DNA of 23,543 bases from Atractiella rhizophila (taxonomy: Eukaryota), in NCBI GenBank assembly GCA_021432655.1, contig MU271272.1, positions 62,001 to 85,543 of the forward strand. Direction: 5' to 3'. The translations under genes and the position numbers were made by a program. The notes below the pieces were generated by a model. That model ran no database searches, had not been told where the DNA came from, and worked only from the letters and a program-made list of their open reading frames with translations. Of this stretch, positions 1-9,800 are shown one piece after another; the stretch's first letter is position 1; each line of letters starts with the position of its first letter.

Positions 1-670
1 GGTCTGGAAAGCAAGTTTGACAGAACTCAGTGGAGGACAACGGTACGAGTTGCTACTTTTCTGACCCACGTTATTTAATTACTTGGAGTGGCGCAGTTCA
101 CTGATCGCTTTGAGCCTGATCATGGCCATGCTTCAGTTCAAACCAGCGCCGATGTACATTTTGGACGAAATAGACGCTGCCCTCGACCTCAGTCACACTC
201 AGCACATAGGTCACCTCTTCAGGACTCGTGTGTCTCTTTAATTTCGCCTTGACGAGGTTTTCATTTGTGGCGGACCTAGGATTCAAGGGGAGTCAATTTA
301 TCGTGGTTTCGTTAAAGGAGGGCCTGTGAGTTGTCTGACGAAATTATTTGATTTGCCCTGACATTCTCCCTTTCAGCTTCAACAATGCCAATGTCCGTTG
401 GCACTGCTCTGTTTTTTCCCTGCCAGACAACTGAATATCCTATAGGTCCTCTTCCGTGCTCGCTTTGTGAATGGCACTTCTGTCGTCGAAGTGTGTAGCT
501 TCACTTTGCATTTGCGACCTTGCTAAACCTGTGTCTAGCGGACTGTTCAACGAACAGCTTCAGCTGTTTATGACGATGAAAGAACAACCGATGTACCAGC
601 AGTGCCAACTGGACCTCGGCGGAGTAGGGTTGGAGGGCGAGCTGGGGGTCTCTTGAGCGTAAACGCTTGA
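1..670 (+). CDS. SMC2: Condensin subunit SMC2, 3' end (5'-truncated by the window; 5 introns)
   Basis: Spliced translation [95 protein letters not shown]...SVNA*. It shows the ABC signature LSGGQ, Walker [11 protein letters not shown] and the SMC2-typical FKPAPMY and [11 protein letters not shown] segments. Stop TGA at 668-670. Confidence 0.95.
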
Positions 671-888
671 GTAGACATGTCGAACACTAAATGCCTCGCT
701 GTCTGTCTATCATAATGTTTGAAGAAGCATGATGATCGTTCGTTTTTTCACGTCCTGTATTTTTTAATGTAAGCCTCAGGCCATTTCCTGCAATCATTTT
801 GTGAATCATGATGTATGTGAGAAATAAATCGTGGAACGAAGAGGAAGCTCAGTCCTGCGATCGACCTATCGCTGTTATGCTGGAGTTC

Positions 889-898
889 ATCACGTGAC
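889..898. promoter_or_regulatory. E-box / CDEI-like element ATCACGTGAC upstream of LIG4
   Basis: Palindromic TCACGTGA core in the SMC2-LIG4 intergenic region. It matches the RTCACRTG bHLH (Cbf1-type) consensus; function is inferred only. Confidence 0.35.
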
Positions 899-987
899 GT
901 TCGGATAAGGTGCCTCTCTGAGTTCCGCGCTCTCTTCGGACGGTGTCAACCCTGAATGTGAACGGAATCCTGGCCTGTTGTCGTTCT

Positions 988-1043
988 GTGAGTGCTGTAT
1001 ACCTTAGCCTCATCTCATCTCAGGACTGACAATTTTGTTGTAG
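988..1043 (+). other. 5'-UTR intron of LIG4
   Basis: GTGAGT donor at 988, CTGAC branch at 1026-1030, TAG acceptor at 1041-1043; 56 nt long and ending 22 nt before the ATG at 1066. Confidence 0.7.
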
Positions 1044-1065
1044 AACCCGACAACATAGAACCAAA

Positions 1066-4000
1066 ATGCCTGGCCCTCCCCATGGATCAATCGCACCAGC
1101 AGAGCCTTACGACCCTACAGATGATGATTTGGAACGCCCTGAAGCTTGTTCTCACAATAAATCTGTCCCCTTTTCAACAGTCTCAAATCTCCTGGAATTC
1201 ATGGAAGAAAAGAGGGGTGGAAAGCGTAAGGGCAAACGGGACGCGAAGAGGGAGTACCTCCATAAATTTTTTGAGGTGAGCTGCTTTGTATTCTTGGGAA
1301 GAAAGTGGGTCTGAAGACGTCTGAAAGGGTTGGAGAGCCAATGTCGGCATGAACTTGTATCCAGTCATAAGACTGCTGCTGCCAGATGTACGTAAGATGC
1401 GGCTAGTACTTTGTTCGAGCCTAATGCTCCTGCAGAAAGATCGTAGAAGGAATACTTATGGCGTCAAAGAGACTGTCCTTGCGAAGCTGTATTGTAAAGC
1501 TCTGAAACTTGACCCGGACCGAAATTCTAGCGGTCGACGACTCCTTCAGTGGAGAGCACCAACCTTTAGCAAAAGCCGTAGCCGATGGAATAAAGATAAT
1601 GAACAGAAGGTGGTCGTTTTGTTGCTTGCACGTACGACTTTGACGCAGTGCAATAGAAAATCAACGTTTCTGGAGACTTCTCACTTGTGGCATATGAAAT
1701 CATCAAAGCTAACGTGACGCCAAAGAAACGAGGTGAACTAACCGTGGATGAAGTTAATGAGTATCTGGACCTACTAGCAAGTCTTACGCCGTGAGTTCGG
1801 TTCCCCCGAAAAGCATCGTTGATCCTTGCCGTCAGGGATAAGAAACATGAAGCAATTGAAATCTTCGCTGACACGCTCACGCCGACAGAACAGAAATGGA
1901 TCATCAGGATTATCCTCAAAGGTTGGTCGTCTCCCTTTCAAGTCATCGTAATTGACAGAACGAAATAGACTTGAAAATTTCCATGAGAGAAACAACTGTT
2001 CTTGGAATTTTCCATAAAGACGCCATCGCGTATTTCAACGTATGCAGCGATATTTGCCGAGTGTGTTGGACTTTATACGACCCAAACTACACCCTTCCTC
2101 GAGAAGTATGCTGGAACTCGTTGTATTCTTCTGGAGGCTGACGAATGGTAGGATAATGTTCTCAAGCCTTTTCTGGCTTTTCGTCCCATGCTTTGCAAAA
2201 GGGTGAGGCTTTCGTTATGAGGAAACAGGCATTGAGGAGATTGCTGCGCTAGAATGAAAAGAACGTTGAATCTATCGTCAAGAAGATGAACGAGAACTCC
2301 GGCGGCAAGGACTTTATTATTGAAGAAAAAATGGACGGAGAGCGCATCCAGATGCATATGCGCGGACGAGAATTCAGATATTTTTCCCGTAAAGACAAGT
2401 ATGTTTCTCCTTGCCTCTTGAATAATTTTCAATGGTGCGCAAGGAACTATACGTATCTCTATGGCAAGGATAAGACGTCCGGCTCCCTGACCAAGTACAT
2501 GAGCAAGGCCATTCCTGAGAACGTGGAGGAGTAAGTCTTATCAGATTCCTCCCATATAAGCTGATATCAGTTGAAGGATCATCCTTGATGGGGAAATGCT
2601 TGTGTACTTGCCCGAACAGGATAAGTATCTGCCATTCGGTCACCTCAAGACTGCAGCAAAAAGTGAAAATGCAGACCTCTGGGTGTGCTGTACGTTCTCA
2701 AACTGAGAGCTATGCGTCGAAGCTCAACATACCACATCGATTAGTCAAGATATTCGACCTCCTTTGGCTCAAGTCAAAGTCAGGACCTGCTCAAAATCTG
2801 CTAACGAAAAGTCTTCATCAGCGAAAGGCAGCACTCAAAAAATTGATTAAGCCGACGCGTGGAAGGGTAGAGTTCGCTCGCGAAACTCGAGGACGGACCT
2901 CAAAAGACATCAAGGAGGAGTTGCAGAGAATTTTAGAGGAATGGTAAGGCGCTCTGACTCTTGATTGTCACTAATCATATCGGGTTTAGTGGCGAAGGGC
3001 TTGTTATCAAGAATCCGAATTCAGCCTATGAGTTAAATGGTCGAAATGAAGATTGGGTGAAGTTAAAGCCTGGTATGTACGATATTCAGCTTGATTACGG
3101 AAGACGTGAATATCAGGGTAGACTATATGGAAGGTTTTGGGGAAACTTTGGATGGGATGGTAGTAGGTGTGTGCGGCAAGGTTCTCGATTAACCCGAATT
3201 ACGGACTAAACAAGAGTTGCAGGAGCCTACCACGGAGAAGGCAGACGGGGAGGAATGTATGGATCGTTTTTGGTGGCAATTCTCAAAGACGAAGAAACTG
3301 CGACGACGGAAGATCCTGAGTTAGTCTATCACTTCTTTTTTGGGATAGGCCTAAACGAGGAAAAGATTAGTGACTGTATGCAAAGTTGGAAGCGGTTTTA
3401 GTCTAGGCGATTTTGAGACCATCATGTAAGTGTCTATAGACGTAACATGGTTTACCAATGAGCGTAACAGGGACAAAACTGCCGGCAAATGGAAAGATTA
3501 CAAGAAATCTAAACCTGACTGGCTTATCGCAAAGGATGAAGTGCCTGATGTTTGGATCCATCCTCGCGAGTGTGTTGTATCCTTACATTGTTTCTTCTAC
3601 TCATGCCACTACCCAGTTCCTTTGCAGTTACTGTGAAAGCTGCCGAGATTATCGATAATCGTACGTCAATATTCGCCGAATAGACCTCGTATTTCTTAGG
3701 CTAAAGATGGAGGCAGTCGATGGATACGGGGCTGGAAAGTGCCTTCGATTTCCGCGTGAGTTTCATTGTGGTTTAAATACATGGGCTCAACGGAAACCGT
3801 TAGGCTGCACTAATGTTCGATTTGACCCAGACATTCAAGAAATCGACAAACTGCATGGTTCGTGATCCCAAAACAAGTTCGAAACCATTCATTGTCCTGC
3901 AGACTTCTGGGATGTGGCGAACAAAAACCAAAATACCAAACGTGCACTCGGTGATGGCCTAGAGTAAGTTTCTGAGATGACCGCTATCTCGCTTATTTTG

Positions 4001-5683
4001 GTTGTTTCTAGTGGTCACAAGGTCAAGAAAAGGAGGCTTAACACGGGAAAGGCTGTGCGAGCAATTTAACTCAATTGATGATACCTCATTCTTGCGATAG
4101 AAACCTACACTGGCGGCAGCCTTTCGTGGAGCAACAGGTGATGTAACGGCCAAATCCCAATTGTTTACTGGGATGCATTTTTGTAAGTGGGCATATCAAA
4201 TGCTTACACCCGTCGGACTCACTGTTTGGTGTCAGGGGTCATTCGAGGTACCAAAGAACACAACAAAGCGGCTCTGGAGACTATGATCTTGGAGAATGGA
4301 GGAGAAGTTATACAAACGTCAAAATCAGGAGGCAAGCTTGTCAGACTAGTTTGTGACAGCTCCGGATGTGAGCGCCTTGAGACACGATGCTTTTGGATAC
4401 TGACTGTATACAAGTCGCGTTGATCGACGCTCAGATCAGGAAGAATGCGAATGATATTATTCGGCCTGCTTGGATTCTCGATTCCTTGTCCGAAGGGAAA
4501 AGGCAACCCTTTGAAGAGTAGTATAGCTGCTTCCTCTTCTCCAAAGGGAATAAGGATATACTAACCTTGCTTCTAGTTATATGCTTCATTCTGTTGACGA
4601 AGTGAAGGCGGCATCAGAAGAGGAAGTCGAGGAAGAGACGGAAGACGACGTTCGGCTGGGCAAAAGGGTCGCCATCCAGCAGAACGACGAGGACGAAAAG
4701 GCTCCCACCGATATTAGCGAGCTGAGGCAAAGTCTTCAGGATAATGATCCTTTTGGTATCAATTCCATTGCACTCGACGATCTGGACGACCCCAACAACC
4801 TGTCGGACGATGAAGCTCCACCTGGCGAATCGGATGAAGAGTCCGATAGTGAGATGAAATGGGTAATGCGAAGAGCAGCCGTAGACAGCGACACTGACGA
4901 CGAAGACGGCATCCAAGTTCAACGAAAGGTATGGCCTCTTCTTCCCTTTGTTTGAAATGGCCTGAGCCATGCACAGCGACATTCAGCTACGGCAGTGAAT
5001 GAAGACGAATCCACATCTCCCTCGTCTTCCAAACAAACATCACATGCTGTAGCCCCCGCTGTTGTCGAAGAACAACCTCTGTCGCAAACGTTGCCAGTAT
5101 CTTCCAGCGATACTGCGGCGCGTGAGCCTGAAGGCGAAAGTGAAGATGAAGATGAAGACATATTTTCTCGATTTGTGGTCTACTTCGATACGAAGGAGAA
5201 CGCCACAAAGAACGGTCTCGAGTCCGCAGCCACGGCTGAGAGCGAAACCTCAACTCGGTGAGCATTGTTGGGGAACGCATTCGTTGCTGAGAGATATTGG
5301 TAGCTTCAAACGAGCGAAGAAGTGTGTGGAGGAGAAAGGAGGTGTCGTCATCACGGATCTGAATGCAGAAGGGCTGACTCACGTCGTTCTCTCTCCAGAC
5401 GACAGCTCGCGGTTCGTTTCATTCTCGCATTCGTCCATTGTCTGAATGTGTGCGTACAGGAGAGCAGAATTAGTCAGAAAAACAATGAAGTGGGTTAACT
5501 GTTATTTCTTCACGAGGCACGACCAGTTTAAACTATTCAACAGGCCAAAACCAAAGCGACTAGTAGTGGTCAAGTGGGTTCTAGATTGTTATAATGAAGA
5601 TACCATCTTGTCAGAAACTAGTAAGCCCTGGCATTTTTTCAGGCGTCTGTCTAATGTTTTATTCAGAATACACCCCTCTGTAA
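1066..5683 (+). CDS. LIG4: DNA ligase IV (NHEJ ATP-dependent ligase with tandem BRCT domains); 29 coding introns
   Basis: The spliced product contains the DBD motif YPVIRLLLP.KDRRRNTYGVKE..LAKLY, motif I EEKMDGERIQMH, III IILDGEMLV, IIIa FKIFDLLWL, IV GEGLVIKNP, V WVKLKPDY and OB-fold LRFPR. BRCT1 (LFTGMHFWV...IIRPAWILDS) and BRCT2 (IFSRFVVYFD...THVV...KWVLDC) follow. All 29 introns are GT-AG and keep frame. Stop TAA at 5681-5683. Confidence 0.95.
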
Positions 5684-5723
5684 TTCTTGAAAGCCAATTT
5701 ATGTCTGATTCCGGTCTCCTAAA

Positions 5724-6464
5724 TTACTTCTCTGGTTCCCAAATCATTTCGTCCGCATCCAAAACCTCCATCCTAGCCTCCGGATCCGCATCACTCCTCC
5801 TCAAAACATCGACTGTTCTAAATCCAAGACTGCTATATAGCTTTTTACCTTCGGGTGTGCAGTGCAAACGAACGGATATCTCTTCACTTTTGGCGCGATC
5901 CATCCCCCAAGCCATCATCTTGCTACCAAGGCCCTTCCGCTGGTGAGAAGGAGAAATGCAAAGAAGGTTGCAGTACCAGTGAGCTGGTTGTGGTGCTGGA
6001 GGGTTTTGCGCGTTCACCCATGACCATTTCGCCAAAAGGCTCAGGCGATGCTGGGACAGAGAGCGGTCTTCGAACGTCGGTCTTGATTCAAGGTAAGTTA
6101 GTCTTGCGTTCTCTAAATTACGACGATGTTACGGCCAATCTACTTGTCAATGACAGAAATCACCTTGTTCTTCACACCAGCCTTGCTCTTTCCAGACTTG
6201 CTGACACCCTTCTCCTAAACGAATCCATTGAGAGACACCAATCACCTCCTCTCCAGATAGACAGACCATCATTTTCGCTCTTTTGTCCCGTAAGTATCCA
6301 TCAAGCTTCAACTCCCAGCTCTTCCGATAATCGTCTGGAAATTCAGCCAGATGAGGATGGAGGTAGAGTTGGAAAGGGTCGCTGTGAGCATAGCTTGAAG
6401 AAGTTAGCTCAGCAAGAGCTTACAGATCTGATAAAGAACAATCTCGTATTCTGATGTTCCTCAT
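5724..6464 (-). CDS. GNAT-family N-acetyltransferase (in-frame TAA at codon 15 unless removed by a 30/42-nt intron; possible pseudogene)
   Basis: ATG at 6464 gives MRNIRIRDCSLSDL*ALAELTSSSYAHSDPFQLYLHP...VIGVSQWIRLG. After intron 6163-6113 it continues ...WYCNLLCISPSHQRKGLGSKMM (acetyl-CoA motif A, QRxGxG) and LHCTPEGKKLYSSLGF (motif B). Confidence 0.8.
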
Positions 6465-6792
6465 TCTACTTCTCCCATGGTGAGAGAATATCGATGAAAT
6501 GGTGGCATTTATTCTCACGTGTCGGAGGGCGATCAAGGTGACTCTTGCTCGCGGCCATCAACGTGTTCAACTTCAAATTTTCAGATTGATAGACGATTTT
6601 AGACAACTAGGGAGCTTCACTTCATTACCATCAGGCTATGAGTCGTTGTTTGTCTAACAGTCTTTAGGTCGAATTGAACTCTAAATTTTCCAGGAAAGGG
6701 AATTGCCAACTATTGATCGAAGCGAACAAATCCTCCACCAAGGTCCAATACTTCATCGAGCGTACACGTGCTCGGATCATCTTTCTGGATTC

Positions 6793-8500
6793 ATGGCCTC
6801 CCCAAAACCGGTTTACTCTCAAGCGACCATCTACGCGGATGCCAATGATCGCGCAGGGAGGGCATATTGGGACTACGACAACCTTTGTGAGTGCGGCGTA
6901 TAGGCATTGGTATGTAGCTCATGACGGCTTGGAACGAAAGTAATATCATGGGGCGTGATGGAGAACTATGAAATTGTGAAGAAGGTGGGGAGAGGGAAGT
7001 ATTCGGAGGTTTTTCAGGGTGTGGACTTGGAGCATGGAAATACTTGTGTTATAAAGGTGCGCTCTCTCTTTCTCTGACTGGAAAGCGATCTGGGAGCTTG
7101 CACATGAGGCATGCGATGAATTGCAATCCTTTCAACCCCCCTATGTCATCACCACATCACCTTCTGTGGCTGTGACGAAGGGAAGCCGGGGGCAAGAACC
7201 AAAAGAACCGAACCCTGAATCATATGCAGGTCCTGAAACCCGTAAAAAAGAAAAAGATCAAACGAGAAATTAAAGTGTTGCAAAACTTACACGGCGGTCC
7301 AAACATTATCACTCTCCTGGACGTAGTCCGCGATCCCCAAGTACGTCCCTCATGTTCATTCATTTACGACTCAACAGCTAAGTGGATCGCTAGTCGAAAA
7401 CGCCTTCTATTATCTTCGAATATGTGGATAACACAGATTTCAAAGTTCTCTACCCCAAATTTACCGATTATGACGTGAATTCTCCTCTTGTTCTCGAACG
7501 GACACCTTATCAGTTGCTGCAGGTCCGGTTTTACATGTTTGAGATTCTGAAAGCTCTGGATTATGCTCACTCCAAAGGCATAATGCATCGAGATGTAAAG
7601 CCCTACAACATCATGATCGATCACAAGAAGCGGAAGGTGGAGTTTCGTTCACTTTAATCATACGTGATTGATGACCTCGTACAGTTACGTTTGATTGATT
7701 GGGGATTGGCTGAATTTTACCATCCCAACACGGAGTATAACGTTCGCGTCTCATCACGACACTATAAGGGCCCTGAGCTGCTGGTGGATTATCAACTTTA
7801 TGATTACAGTTTGGACATGTGGTCATTAGGTTGTACCTTTGCAGGAATGGTGTGTCACACTCAGTTCTTTCAGTCCATAATTTGAGGCTCTCAATCTACA
7901 GATCTTCAGGAAAGATCCTTTCTTCCATGGGCACGACAACTATGACCAATTAGCCAAAATTACGAAGGTGTTAGGGACGGATGAGCTCTACTCATACCTC
8001 GAAAAGTATGAGGTTGAACTCGATCCGCAATTCGATGACATCCTCACTCGGTTCGTACTATTCGTATTGGCGATTTGTTTTACGAGTCTCGTCATCGCAT
8101 TACAGATACCAGCGAAAGCCATGGTCACGATTCATCACAACTGAAAATCAGCGCTACATCTCCAATGAAGCCATCGACCTACTCGATAAACTGTTGAGAT
8201 ACGACCACCAAGAGAGGATCACCGCCAAGGACGCAATGGAGCATCCATTTTTTGGTTTGTGTTTGTGTCGCTGAGACTCACTCACTTAGGATTCTTTCTG
8301 TTGTATATTAGAGCCAATCAGGCAGCCGGAAAAGCGAGGTCGGCGACCTGCAGCAAAAGAGAATGACAGCTTTTCAGCTCAGTCGACGACTTCGGAAACC
8401 AGCGAGAAGGTGGAGTTGAATAATGGAGGCAACGGTAGGTCTCCCCTTCATTTAGCTACAAGCGGAAGAGAACTGACTTTGGTATGTGACTGTAGTGTGA
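6793..8500 (+). CDS. CKA1: Casein kinase II catalytic (alpha) subunit; 9 introns
   Basis: Spliced: [108 protein letters not shown]. The CK2-diagnostic KKKKIKRE and DWG motifs are present. The last exon has only 5 coding nt (TGA at 8498-8500). Paralog identity is uncertain. Confidence 0.93.
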
Positions 8501-9287
8501 AAGATACGCGCGGTAGAGAGTGTAGCGGTGTTGTGATTGTGAAAGGATAGTACGACGTTGCTCCGCGCTAGAGCAAGAGGCATTACCATTGTTCCTTTCT
8601 CATTCCCCCTCGTTCAAATATGTAGCTGTCATTCTGCAGAGTTTAGGCACATGCGCCATTGAAGTTATGTGACTTATGTCAGATGAATCGTTTTCTTCGT
8701 GAGTTGTTTCATAGCATAGAATAATTGGAACAGACGATTCAATCCACAATCCACCATTCGCACTTCGCGCTGACACCTCACAGCCAAAAGTGGTGTCGTA
8801 AATAATCTCAACAACCTCTAAGGGTGAGGGAATGGGCGACGATTCGACTTAATTGTGACCACTCCTTGTTAAGTTGCTTTACCTGGGGCTAATAGTTGCA
8901 AATAGGGAACAAGGCAGAGTCAAAGACAAAGGGTTTGTTCAACACCTCACGTGACTGTGCTGGACTTCCAGGATACCTCCACGCTCTGCACTTGTACTTG
9001 TTTATACACAGGTCTGAAATTTCTGAAAGCTCTCCACGTAGTCCATAAATCAAAGATCGAAACGGGGTGAACAGCTGCGGCGCTGGAGGAAGGATAGCTT
9101 CCTCCACGATCCTACGTGACACCAACTTTAGATACGTTTCCTAACTTTCTGCTTTGCCTGTTGCTCTTGTGGAGGTCTTCAGCTTTGATCTTCGAAAACC
9201 GACGCTTGTGCCGGCTTGTGCGGACTCGTGGGATGGACAGTGAAGCTGTAGGGATCTAGGGATCTACGGGTGATCTACCGCGTATTT

Positions 9288-9303
9288 GAATATTCGAATA
9301 TTC
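9288..9303. repeat. Perfect 16-bp palindrome GAATATTCGAATATTC, preceded by short GGGATCTA direct repeats (~9251-9277)
   Basis: Read directly in the 1.3-kb intergenic region upstream of the AA7 oxidase. Confidence 0.6.
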
Positions 9304-9729
9304 GTGCACTGGTCCTCGCTCTTGCAGATCATTTCAAAGCCCTGAACTGGACGAAGCTTTCGTCAGGCCAAGGCTTTGCAAGGGTGACGCAGTAACGGGA
9401 AGGACGGAATTTACACCTGCTTTCACAATGGAAATATATTCCTGCGAGTATTTGAAGCACGAAACAGTATTCCTTATTTGTTTGCACCGACTTCGTCACC
9501 GCAGTTAACTTCGCTATTTTCGATGGCTCTTCTTCCATGTTCCAGCGGGGCTCAAAGGGCGAAACAGCAATGGTGGGCCAGAACAAACCCCCGTCTTGTC
9601 TGTGACGGTGTGCGGTGCTTTAGCTTCCAAGTTGCTCCCCACCAATTTAGTCTGTTTCTTGCACGCCGGGCAAATCCTTACATGTGCATCCGCTTGCCTA
9701 CCACTCCGATATTACTTGCTCTTCAATGG

Positions 9730-9736
9730 TATAAAA
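9730..9736 (+). promoter_or_regulatory. TATA box of the AA7 oxidase gene
   Basis: TATAAAA about 70 nt upstream of the ATG at 9801, followed by a pyrimidine-rich leader. Confidence 0.65.
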
Positions 9737-9800
9737 GACACTGCTAGCGGCCTTCTTCCCTATTTACGACCTTTCGTCTTATCGTCATCACGTCAACGAG

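Noticed and set aside
6420..6422. Stop-codon reassignment (TAA as sense) in this genome
   Set aside because: TAA terminates LIG4, the AA7 oxidase and MAM33 normally, and no other gene has an internal TAA.
5446..6454. Plus-strand ORFs of 166 aa and 199 aa
   Set aside because: They are read-through of LIG4 introns and the antisense shadow of the GNAT gene, with no independent protein features.
6466..6558. Upstream coding exon for the GNAT gene (ATG at 6558 plus a GTGAGA..TAG intron)
   Set aside because: After splicing it is out of frame and stops at a TGA overlapping the ATG at 6464; at most it is a uORF, which cannot be supported without transcript data.
7113..7218. C/D-box snoRNA in CK2 intron 2 (GCGATGA ... 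CTGA)
   Set aside because: The C box is imperfect, the CTGA sits 11 nt from the acceptor and is probably the branch site, and I recognise no rRNA-complementary guide.
9288..9303. Canonical heat-shock element
   Set aside because: The GAAnnTTC units abut without the 2-nt spacer required for contiguous inverted nGAAn repeats.
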